Origin: Marsupella aquatica
Lineage: Eukaryota > Plantae > Marchantiophyta
Direction: 5' to 3'
DNA: 64,000 bases
Assembly (NCBI GenBank): GCA_973895155.1
Contig: OZ316891.1
Location: forward strand, 17,854,095 to 17,918,094
Shown piece by piece: positions 41,601 to 52,517 of this stretch. Numbering within the stretch: the first letter of the stretch is position 1; each line of letters opens with the position of its first letter. The notes beneath the pieces are model-generated. The model was not told the origin of the DNA. It worked only from the letters and a program-made list of their open reading frames with translations, and searched no databases. The translations under genes were made by a program, and so were the position numbers.

Positions 41601-44600
41601 CTATTGCAAATCATCAACCTCATCATATTCCATTTGCCCAGGTTCATCATATGTCTCTCTCAATGTTAAGGGGATGTAGTCAGTCCTTGCCCGAGTTGGA
41701 AGTACAGTCTCATGACTAGGATGCTCGAATGCAGCATGGTCATCCAAACTGAACTCTACTTTACTTCCATCCATCCGCCTGTTCCGTGCTTGGCTATGGC
41801 ATACCACCCTCTAGCCATGTGACTCCTCCACATCTGCAAAGAAAGCTTGTTCAACTTGGCTAGGGAAAACAAAAGGCTCAGACCATTCTGGTACTCTGGA
41901 CCTAAAATTGGCCAACAAGAACCCATCATGATCACGCTTCATGGTGGCCCTTGGTCTCTGCCACTCTGATTTCACCCATGATCCCTTCATCAATATCACT
42001 GGGACACTTGTGTTACCATAATTCAACACCCAAATGTCGGTCAACTGCCCCACGTAACCCATCTTCATCCACCCCCTCTGTTCTTCAGAGGTTCTCTGCT
42101 CAAACACAGAAATCAAACCACAATCATATGATACACAATGGTCACCCTGCTCATCCCTCACTCGATAATGATTTCCATAAGCTCTCATCCGTTTGTAGGT
42201 CAGAATAGACAATCGTGGTGGCACAGATAGAAGATACAAATCCTTCTCCATATCTGGGTGATGTCTACTATGCTCTCGAATTGTCACCCGAATCCACTGC
42301 TCGAACTGTGGGAAGGGATCCTGCTGCCCAGAGTGTGCAGCTTTTTGCATATCATATTCCCTGCAATATGAGGTACAGGCATAGTTAGGTCTAAACAACA
42401 CATGACAACCTAAGATCACCCTTGGAACAGACAAGAAGCATCACAACAAAGGCAAGTCAATTCAATCACTCACCTCCACCATGGTTGCATAGGCTCTGTG
42501 TTTGCCAACACATATGAATGAGCCTTGTCTCGAATCGCAACAGGCAGCTGAACAGCACGTCCCACACCTTCAACAACCTCGCCACTCACTCCATCATCTT
42601 CACCAGATTTCCAAACTCTTGTCATAGCTTCACCAGACCCAGCCATGTACTCTGTTAGGAATCCCAACGTCTCATCCTTAATGTACCCCAATGCCATGGA
42701 AGCCTCTGGCCTGTAGTATGTTCTCACATGACCTTTCAACAACTTCATGTATCGCTCCATAGGGTACATCCATCTGGTACTGACTGGCCCATACTGCCCT
42801 AGCTCTTCTACCACATGGATTAGGAGATGAGTCATAACATCAAAGAAAGCAGGGGGGAAGTATATCTCCAAGTCACAGAGGACATAAGCAGCATCCTGCT
42901 TCAACTGCTCCAATCCTTGGGGATCCCACACTTTCACACATATACGGCGAAATACATTGCACAGTCGAAGAATGACATTATGGACTGGTTTCTGCATGAG
43001 ACCTCTGAGGCATAGGGGCAGAATGTGCTGCATCAACACATGGTAGTCATGTGTTTTCATACTGCCAAGTTTATTCTTTGTAATATGCTTCTTGAAGGCA
43101 CCAGCATAGCCAGAGGGCACTTTCAGACAGCTCAATCTATACAAGAATGTCTTCCATTCATCCTGTGTGCACACATAGGGAGCTTGGAACTTGAGAAGTA
43201 CATTGGGATTGCTTGCATGGGGCTTCAACCAAAGGTGAGGGCGAATCCCCTTCTGTTGCATATCAGCTCGAACTGCTCCTGTATCTTTCTCACCCGACAA
43301 GAACTTCAGCAAGCTCTCACAAATATTTTTCTCAATGTGCATGACGTCCACATTGTGTTTGCTGGGCTCGAATTCCTGCACTCCACAAAGCAAAGAATTC
43401 AACAACAGAAACACTAATTAACCACATAGGAGGATTGTAACCAACATCAATCCACCATTGCTCCAATCTAAAATTGCAATCATACAGGGGCTGGAGGCTA
43501 AGTACATTACCCTCCAGTACTCCAACTCCAAGTCCATCAAGGTCTGTCTTTTCACACCGTGTTTCACCACTGGATCCTCAGGTTCTCGATCAGTGGCACT
43601 TCTCTTGTCCCAATCAGCCTTCCTGGCTGCCCACCTCAGGACTTGCTCTCTGGTGACCCTCTGTGGTGGGCCACGAAGCTCTGTTTTGTTGTTGAAGTGT
43701 GCAATTTGAGACCGTGTGTGCCTGTAAGGATGATCAACAGGCAGATACCTTCTATGCCCCTGAAATTTCATACTGTGCAGGGCATGCGACCACTCACTTG
43801 TCACATTTTTCCCACATGGTGTGCACCCCACATAGCCCTTTGTCACTCGTCCAGATATGATGCCATGGCCTGGGTAATCTGCTATATCCAGCAAACAAAT
43901 TGCATGCAGTCTAAAGGGGCTGGGTCGAAGAAGCCCCTTCAGAACATCATGGGTTAACACCCCTTCTATCCACAAAGTCTTCCACTCTTCCACTGCTGGA
44001 GCCAACATGATATCTATGAATTGCTCGGTCACAGAAGCTGGTCCAGGGATTAACAACACCATCATGACAAAAAACCTCTTTGTAGTCATCCATGGGGGAA
44101 GGTTGTAATTTAGCAGCGTAACCGGCCAACATGAATAACGGTTGTTTTTGTCTCCAAATGGGTTTACTCCATCCAGTGATAGACCAAATCTAAAGTTCCG
44201 CTTCTCTGCAGCAAACTGTGGCCACCTCTCATCAACAAATTTCCAATGGTTGGAATCTCCAATGTGACGCTGCAGGCCATCACTGCTCTTGTTATCAGGA
44301 GTCCATGTCATCAGCTTGGAAATGGCAGGGCATCTAAACAGACGTTGTAGTCTAGGAATGAGAGGAAAATGACGAAGAACCTTGGCAGGGTGTGTACATT
44401 TCCCTACATTCTTGTACCTGTGCTTACCACAATGAGGGCATGTCAATTTATCTACATGCTCTTTGCGAAAGAGAACACACCCATCAGGGCATGCGTCAAT
44501 AGACACATAGTTCAGCCCAAGGTTAGACATCAATTTCCTAGCCTCGTACATATTTTTTGGAATTGAATTACCATCTGGTAACACATTTCAGCGCAGGAAG

Positions 44601-45235
44601 GTCAACAACTCTGTCACAAATATATTGGGAACATTGTGATTGCCACAGATGTTCAACAACAACACGACAAAACCCAGCTTGGAGCAGTTCGACCCCTCGT
44701 AGATAGGAATGCAAGCTTCTTTGATGTGTTTTGGGCCCCCAAACACCCACTCCCTCTCTGCTGCACCTTCCCCAATGTCAAAGTCAGGTTCAGCTTGGCC
44801 GTCGCCAATGTGTGGCTGCGGTTCATTGTCCTCTTTTGATTCCACTGTGTCGTAAAATGCCTCTCCATCTCCATCTTGGTCATCCACGTTCTCATGTTGG
44901 ACCCCAGGACCATCCTCTGCACAGTCTATGTCCTGCTCTACGTAGTCTCTACGCCTAGCTGTATTAGAATCCACAAAGTCAGCTCTCCACTCTTCATCAG
45001 AGGAGTCTTCTTCTGCTGGTACATTCCAAACCCTCCACCGAGGGTGCCTTTCATGCCGCAACAGGTGAAGGTGCACAGTGTTCAAACTCAACGACTTGAA
45101 TCCTTGGCACTGTGTGCATGGGCATCTCATCCTCCTACTCCTACCTTGGGCGGCCCGGGCTTGTTCACGCATCCACAATTTAGAATCATGATGCCTAATC
45201 CTAAATGGGTTGTGAAGAGGCAACCTTGGAGCCAT
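41601..45235 (-). pseudogene. CACTA-2 TnpD/Tnp2 transposase, near intact, with in-frame stops at 44588 (TGA) and 41811 (TAG)
   Basis: CPCTQC...HLHL, SIDACPDGCVLF, LSLDGVNPF, SCWPVTLLNYNLPPW, DVMHIEKN, MKTHDYH, FFDVMTHL, RWMYPMERY, EPFVFPSQVEQAFF. Introns near 43510-43377 and 42472-42362. Confidence 0.9.
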
Positions 45236-45561
45236 CACTATACACACGCACTCAGCACCCTGTCATTTTATTATGCAAGTGAAAAATACACTTCCTGTTA
45301 AGGATTTCACCCCCGACTGTACTTGCCAAAATACGTAACGTTCCAAAAAAACAAAAAAACAAAAAATATAGGTGCCTGAGTCATGTACCTATTCTCAAGT
45401 GAATGAGACAAAATTCCTAAATGTTTGAGGGTGTCAACTCCTCCGCTGTCCTCACATGTACTGCCTCTGCACGTACATCCATGACCATATCAGAGTCCAA
45501 TCATGTATAGTCATAGACACAGGTGCCAGGTGCGAGACCGGTGTGAGATGTCCTCATCTTA

Positions 45562-46095
45562 CTACCACATCAAATATGGATACCAATCCTGTTGTCGATG
45601 CCACTCAGCCCTGAGGTACTCAGGCATGTACATTAAGTCATCAAGGTCTAAACCCTGCTCATGCCATGGTGGTCTTCGATCCGTGCCTACAAGCAGTGGC
45701 AGCAGTGCCCTCCATGGTGCACATGTTGCTACCAAGTCCCTCCACTGGGTACTAATTAGTCTATATTTGCAGATATCTTGTGCGCCAGACACCACAAGAA
45801 CCCTCGGCCAGACATGTGTAAGAACTATATCATCTGCCAAATCAGGCAACAAGGAACCACCTACAGCATCGTGCTTGTCTAACTCATCTGCTGAAAAGTA
45901 AATGTCCTCTTCCGACTGTGCATCCTCATTCACCACAGCATTCACAACACATCCAAGGTCTGCAGGCATTATCTCGGATGGAGCTACACTCTGTCTGGTT
46001 ACCAATCCACACAAGTAAGCCCAAGCAGTAGCCATGCACGATGCAACCCGTAGGAGGACCCTACATAGGGCCTGACGGTCTGGAAGAGGCAGCAT
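45562..46095 (-). CDS. F-box domain cargo protein (start uncertain)
   Basis: SLLPDLADDIVLTHVWPRV...ICKYRLISTQWRDLV fits the plant F-box consensus LLPxLPDD...R.V...WR.LV. No kelch or LRR tail is visible. Confidence 0.7.
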   Translation of the reverse strand: MLPLPDRQALCRVLLRVASCMATAWAYLCGLVTRQSVAPSEIMPADLGCVVNAVVNEDAQSEEDIYFSADELDKHDAVGGSLLPDLADDIVLTHVWPRVLVVSGAQDICKYRLISTQWRDLVATCAPWRALLPLLVGTDRRPPWHEQGLDLDDLMYMPEYLRAEWHRQQDWYPYLMW

Positions 46096-46271
46096 ACCCA
46101 CCAAAGTCTTCAGCCAAACAGAGCCCAGCAAGTAGATTCACAGTCACACCCCATGCAACAGGAAACAACAATCACTTCAACTGCGACCAACCATGACAAG
46201 ATGAGTTAGTTCAAGGATCACATTTATTACAAAATTGTGATTTATACAAAAATATGAGGGACTCCTACTCC

Positions 46272-47120
46272 TCACTCTCTCCCACCTTTGCTAAGCATAC
46301 ATCTCCGCTGAATCTTGGAGGGCCAGGCCTCAAAAATATCAAAGTCCCAAGCATTCTGTCGCTTCCCTCTAGCTGCTAATTCCAGAAGCCAATCAGGGGA
46401 AAGCACCCAAAGATTGTTGTTCATGACAAAATCACGCACTGTTGTCTTAAAGAATTTTCTGCATATTTTCATGTATGACAGACCTACAACATGAGTGGAG
46501 GTTTCTGTTAGACTCTCCTCCACTATCCCACCTAGCTCAACAACTATAGACTTGTACAATCTGCACTTAGTCTCCCCAATTCCTTCTTCTGCAAATACCA
46601 CACTGAACCCCTTCATAATGGTATTTCTCTCCTTGCCATGCTCATTCAATATAGCATCTGCACGCATAGGATGGTGTCCTATGTTGACAACAGGTCCATA
46701 TTGGACAGAAGCAAAGTTGGGTTTCTCTGCCGCTGCTTCATAGGCTTCCTTTTCAGCCAAAGCCTCTGCAGTGGCCTCCTCACTCTCCCACAACTCATAT
46801 TGCTCAGTACTCTGTACACACCTATGTTTAACAGAATCGATCAGCCAAGAGACTTCAACTACTTTTAGACCTTGGTTGGTAATGGCAGAATCAATGAAGG
46901 ACCATGACCAGTTGTTCATCACATCCAGCCATGTCCCCGCAACAACATGTGTAGTCTGTGGAGTGATGTCCTTGACTTCAGTCCCATGGAACTCTGAGAA
47001 TCGTTTTTGTACGATTGGCCAACTCACTTGGGTGAACCCATAGTGGCCAGGAATCAAAATGGCTTTGATTCCAGCCAACAGAGGCAGGTGGTCAACCTTT
47101 GTACGTTTCCTAGAGGCCAT
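46272..47120 (-). CDS. Tandem-BRCT cargo protein (282 aa, intronless)
   Basis: Repeat 1: LLAGIKAIL...TTHVVA...VVEVSWLIDSV...YEL. Repeat 2: IMKGFSVVF...LGGIVEESLTETSTHVV...VLSPDWLLE. The basic N-terminus MASRKRTK is NLS-like. Confidence 0.85.
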   Translation of the reverse strand: MASRKRTKVDHLPLLAGIKAILIPGHYGFTQVSWPIVQKRFSEFHGTEVKDITPQTTHVVAGTWLDVMNNWSWSFIDSAITNQGLKVVEVSWLIDSVKHRCVQSTEQYELWESEEATAEALAEKEAYEAAAEKPNFASVQYGPVVNIGHHPMRADAILNEHGKERNTIMKGFSVVFAEEGIGETKCRLYKSIVVELGGIVEESLTETSTHVVGLSYMKICRKFFKTTVRDFVMNNNLWVLSPDWLLELAARGKRQNAWDFDIFEAWPSKIQRRCMLSKGGRE

Positions 47121-47736
47121 GTACACACGGGCCACCTAATCACTGCAGACCGGAAGATAATGCGTTCACCTGATAATCGGAGGGCCCTTAAAATGCTGCG
47201 TTTATAACTTGGTCCAGTCCAGTCGTCTGGTGAGTCTCTGCTCCAATTCCAAACGGGAGAAATATTGGGACAAACATACTAGACACCTGCAAGCATGCAC
47301 CTCATAGTTTGAATATGTGCCTTGACAATATTGAAGGTGACAAGTGCAATTGTTTTGTGATGCCACATACAGATGTTGTAAATGGGCAGACATTCAATGA
47401 GAATCGAAAATGTTGGTACACTTTAAGGGAATTCTCGCAAATTAAATAGCCTTGTAACTTATATGCTCATAATGAGAAGTCCTGATTTAATTTAAGCAGT
47501 GTCATGTAAGTCGTGATCAAAATGATTGTCGTGATCAAAATGATTGCAGAGTTAAAAAAGTTCCTAGAAGGCTTAAGGGGAGTTTTTGAAGGCATGTACC
47601 CAGGAACAAGTAATGAACTTAGGGTACTTGTTGCCTAAGTATCCTCTCCTACAGAGGTCCTTCTTCTCAAAATTGGAATGTCTGCAATCTCCAAGGTATC
47701 CACATCAGGTGCACTATGCATGTACATTATTCAGGT

Positions 47737-48417
47737 TCAAAGCCAAGAAATGTGATCTCTCATGGGAGTGTGCAAAGTAGGATCTATGGCATGGCGATGA
47801 CAATAGAAGATCCATCGATCAACACCATGTGCAGAGTGATGATAGGTGTGTGTGTCACAAGCATAGCCTTCTGCTTGACGCTCCTTCAAACAATGAAAGT
47901 GCCACATGGTGGGACACCTAACACAGTGGACTATGTCCACCCAGAAATCTTCATCGTGCTGACCACATGCCTTGCACTTATGAAGTGGGCAAGCTGTGGC
48001 AAGATCGGGCAAACATGAAAAACAAAAGAACCTCACACAATATCTGTCAGGGCATTTCCTAACAAGTGGTGGAGCATCAACAGAGCCCTCATAAGACCCC
48101 AACTTCCCACACTGTGCACACTTAGCCTGCTTCTCCAAACAATCAGTGCACATCCAGCCTCCCTGGTGTGCTGACGGGAGGCCCACCCCTGGACAGTTGT
48201 TTTCTGCAGCAAGGTCAGACTCCGGGTTGAGGTGGAAATGCCTCATGCAAGGGCCCTCACATATGGCTAAGCCACCACCATCGTCACAAATGGCACAACA
48301 ATGAGCTGCCTTCTGGAAAATCTGACTTGCGGAGAAGTTACTACCATCTGGCCCAACTACACCTGTGTTGCTCACCTCTGTCCCCCGCTTCTTGGCTCGG
48401 ATTTTAGGGCGTGCCAT
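47737..48417 (-). CDS. EDM2-type composite PHD-finger cargo protein (226 aa, intronless, open)
   Basis: CAICDDGGGLAICEGPCMRHFH...WMCTDC...CAQCGKLGS...CPLHKCKAC...CVRCPTMWH...FYCHRHAIDPTLHTPMRDHISW resembles, from recall, the EDM2 PHD-like region including its YCxxHxIDxxLxTPxRDH ending. Confidence 0.85.
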   Translation of the reverse strand: MARPKIRAKKRGTEVSNTGVVGPDGSNFSASQIFQKAAHCCAICDDGGGLAICEGPCMRHFHLNPESDLAAENNCPGVGLPSAHQGGWMCTDCLEKQAKCAQCGKLGSYEGSVDAPPLVRKCPDRYCVRFFCFSCLPDLATACPLHKCKACGQHDEDFWVDIVHCVRCPTMWHFHCLKERQAEGYACDTHTYHHSAHGVDRWIFYCHRHAIDPTLHTPMRDHISWL

Positions 48418-49086
48418 GCCTACGCCTGAGACAGATAGTACAATTTAGTAGAGTGCACAGACAATACAATTTAGTGCAGTGTACAAAAAGTACAGTGTAG
48501 CATATAGACTAGAGTGGCAATTGCTACTGCAATGAAATGTTCACACACATGTGCAGAGTAGACATACTTTTTGGTTTGTTGAGCCCACACTAAAAACTGA
48601 TCCCCTCGTACAATAGCTCCACCTACACCTCAATTTTGTGGCTATGATTCACCAAAGGAGATCTGCAACAAGATTTAATGCATTTGAATCACATATAACA
48701 ATCGTGACATGTAAAACAGGCATTTTTTGAACAGGATTGGTATCAAGCAGTGTGATCAGGGTTGTAATTTATACATCCTAAATAGGCTATGATAGTGAAT
48801 GAGACAAATAAGTTAGGCATAAATCACTTTTTCCAGGTTATCACATGGCCCATTAATTCCAGTCTTTGAAAGGAGACTTTTAAGTGAGCTTGCTAGCCTC
48901 TTAAATTAGGATATTGTACTTAGTGCAGCCATAATAGGATAAGTTATGTACTGTTGACCGTAAACCCTGGACCCAAAATTGCTCATAATTCAAAATCTTA
49001 AGTAAATATCCTCTCTGTTCAAGTCAAAGTGTTAAGTTATAGGTCAATGGTCTCTGGTCTGTGCATGCGGTGTGACAAGTGGTCTT

Positions 49087-49536
49087 CTACAGCGTGTGAT
49101 CCAAACATGTGTAGACACCAAAGTGACCGGTGGTGGGGTCTGGGAGGGCAGGACAAGTGACATCGCCAGGCACACTGCAAGATGGCGAGTGGTTCCAGAT
49201 GATACATTGTGCTCTGTGAAAAAACCGACATCCAAGAGAACGGTCATCCAACTCTAGGCCAGAAGCCCTACAGGCAGGACAGTCATACTGGCAACTGTGC
49301 ACACACCCTTGGGCCCTAATTTGTGGCGGGTCATGTACGAGAGACAAAAATACTAAGGATGTTGGGAAGGGTGGAGAAGCAGGTACAGGGCGGCTGTAGT
49401 TATTCCTGGCAACAACTGGGTACTCAAAGTACCATGCAGACTGGGCTGGAAGGATCCCAAGTCTGACATACTCAAGGCGCAACATCTCTGCCTTGCGTGC
49501 AAGCCGCACATGTTCAGCATTGCAGGTCCTCACCAT
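49087..49536 (-). CDS. Unknown Cys/His-rich cargo protein orfX of CACTA-2 (149 aa from MVRTC)
   Basis: Open ORF, homologous over its length to 54560-55012. Confidence 0.65.
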   Translation of the reverse strand: MVRTCNAEHVRLARKAEMLRLEYVRLGILPAQSAWYFEYPVVARNNYSRPVPASPPFPTSLVFLSLVHDPPQIRAQGCVHSCQYDCPACRASGLELDDRSLGCRFFHRAQCIIWNHSPSCSVPGDVTCPALPDPTTGHFGVYTCLDHTL

Positions 49537-49839
49537 AAGTGTTGCTTTTGTGGAGTGTCGTGTGTTCACGTCCTCTGATAAGCACCTTCGATCAGCAAGG
49601 TGAGCAGGAGCTGTACTTGCCTCACCAACAGCAACCAACCTTAAATTATCAGTTCCCACTCACTGTGTCATTCCATTGGTTCCAGCTAGGGGTCACAATG
49701 TAAACATAGCATGAAACACTCCTAATCAACTTGCTTACAAACTACAATATCCAGAAAGAGTGAAAGTCTCACCCTCCAGTGAGCAGTAGAGAGGTAGTTC
49801 ACGGGATGTGTTGATGTGCAGTTAAACCTCCACTATTGC

Positions 49840-50195
49840 TTACTTCCGGTGTATGCTGCTCAGTCGGAGACATATTAGTAGCAGCAAATTGCAAATAATG
49901 GCCATAAGCAAACCGTGAGAGTACTCAAAGTACCATGCAGATTGGGCTGGAAGAATCCCCAGTCTGACATACTCAAGGCGCAACATCTCTGCCTTGCGTG
50001 CAAGCCACACATGTTCAGCGTTGCGGGTCCTCACCATAAATGTTGCTTTTGTTGTGATGTCCTCTGTTCACGTCCTTTGATGAGCAAGGCGAGCAGGAGG
50101 TCGACTTGCCTTGCCCACAGCAACCAACCTGCACTTATCAGCTCCCACTCACTAAATTGGTTCCAACTACAGGTCACAATATACACATAGCATGA
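49840..50195 (-). pseudogene. Truncated tandem duplicate of the orfX 5' part
   Basis: 49921-50195 duplicates 49420-49715, including the acceptor and MVRT...AWYFEY, then diverges. Confidence 0.8.
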
Positions 50196-52016
50196 AAGGT
50201 GCATAGTACATATTTGATGCTAAGTTCCTGAGACAAAGAGCATGTATATAAAACCATGTTCTCCATGGACATGTACATAAATCATATTTGGATCCTGTTT
50301 TTTCATCCAGAAAGATCGAAAGTCTCACCTTGCAGGTTGCAGCAAAGAGAAAACTCACTGGTTGTCGTGTTGTGCAAGTGAACCTCCACTGAGGTGGCAG
50401 AAAGCAGACAAAGCTTCAGGAAGATGGGAAAGATGATCCTCGCCCATCATCCCCTATAAAATCTACACATAGGACGGACGCCCGGGGACATTTATCATGA
50501 AAATTGAAGATCCATTCGACAACTCCATGACAGCCTATTCCGCATTGTGTCCGCCCCATGCAAGCGAGGGGTGTTCAGCCGAGCTTAGTCTAACCATGAA
50601 TGATTGTTCTGGAAGCAATTGCGACAATGTTTTGGTTTTTTTCTCCTATCCAACTCAATAGCTCACAAACATGGCATTGGACCCATTAACAAATTATACT
50701 TGCCATCATTCTCAACTGTATTACATGGCCCACACTGCTGACGTCCCTGACTCTTAAGGGAAACTCATCTCCTGGGCCAGCAACATCTCAGATTCTACAA
50801 AAATGAGAAACTGTGAAGACTTCTTGAACTCCTATCCTGTGACTGTAGCATGTATGATTTGCTGGGACTGCAGGCAGTTCTGGATCCTGTTGCGGTTTAT
50901 ATACAGCAGCAACCTGAGCTCCATGAATTTGTTTTTAATAGACATGCGTTTGACCACGGCTACAACTCCAAAACAATCACCAAATCAAATCATAACAAAA
51001 CCCACTCGAAAGCTGAACACTAGAACACTGGAACACACTCAAACAGGTTCTGCAAGGATGGCTCTCTGTCGGATCGGCTAGAGAATCAGGCAGGCTTCCT
51101 ATTACGGTCTGCTCAGAGCCTTACACTCTGGATTAGACTCTGAATCCAAACGCGAGTCTACGCTTTCCGTTGCTGGTCACAGCGACGGGCAATCAGGATG
51201 ATGCCATGCCGAGTAGAAGAACAAGAAAGCATTCCATAAAAGGCACTGAGATGAACCGTATAGTAAAAGTGGTAGTACTTCCGGTAGCGCGACCGACTCG
51301 CTATGTGACAGTCCGGAAAAAAGCTGAAAGGAACTTAGGCGATAGATTCCGTGCTCAATGTGACAGGTTTTTTGAAATGATCAAGCCAAGGTGCAAAGGA
51401 AAACTGATTGAAGGTGGCATGGGAAAGTTGTCAATGCAGGAGAAACTCTTGCCTTAGAGTAACCTTGTAACTAGGTAACAATGCAGGAGAAACTCTTGCC
51501 TTAGAGTGCTCGACGCTCCTTCAGCTGGATAGGGGCAGCTCCAAGTACACGGTCTGGTCCAATCACCGCCTGCTTTGTTACAATAAGGTGGACTAAGCCA
51601 CAGCTGACATCAATCATGCTATAAAAAATGGACAGATGAGCCGTGTCACGGAAGCATATAGTCATTCCTCAATATTAAACGAGACTATGAGAGGGCATAT
51701 ATAAGTTCACGACCAGGAAAGAGTCTCACCTTGCAGCACGGAGATTCTCAAAGCGCACCAAGATGAGTCCTTGTAGCAGGTGAATGTTGGGCGGTGTCAT
51801 GTAAGGCGCAAATCAATAGCTCGCTACCTCCTGTCTCCCCGTCTGTCTCCCGTGCACTTCTACCTCCCCGTCCGACTTCCCGCCTGTCTCCCACGTACTT
51901 AAATTGAAGTTTTAACAAAAACTATCAACACCAAGTGCAGCAAATGCCAACATATTCACATTGCAGAGCATAAAAGTAGTCACAGTTCATGAATCAGTTC
52001 CCTATCGAATCATGGG

Positions 52017-52517
52017 CACTACGCCGAGCACTGCGCAAGAGACTGGGATAGACACTGCAAACATGGGGACTTTTGTTTGGCAAGAAATCTGGACATCAAA
52101 CCTTCAGCAGCGGCAACGGGAAGCATTACATCAGACGAGTGGACATCAAATGAGCAGTCCAATTATAGGCAAACGGCGACTGACATAGAAGAGGGAAAAA
52201 ATGTGCATTGACATAGCGGACATGCGCGCATTGACATAGCGGAGGGGAGCAAAACTACATAAGCCAAGTGCCCTTTTTAAGCCCACAATTTCAAGGGGAG
52301 GGACAAAGAGAGCAAGCACTCCAATCTCTTCAATCCCTTTCGCAAGTAGCCGCCGAAATCTACTTCTTGGGGTCCAGCCCACGGATGTAGATCATGCAAG
52401 GTGGTCAATCACAGTAAGTGTAATCACTACGCCGAGCACTGCGCAAGAGATTGGGACAGAGACTGCAAACATGGGGACTCACAGGCAAGAAATCTGGACA
52501 TCAAACCTTCAGCAGCG
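52017..52517. repeat. About 95-bp direct repeat pair inside CACTA-2
   Basis: CACTACGCCGAGCACTGCGCAAGAGA...GGCAAGAAATCTGGACATCAAACCTTCAGCAGCG at 52017-52111 and 52425-52517. Confidence 0.9.

Noticed and set aside
32467-45301. Long plus-strand ORFs overlapping the transposases
   Set aside because: Antisense shadows of the minus-strand TnpD/TnpA coding sequence, with no domains of their own.
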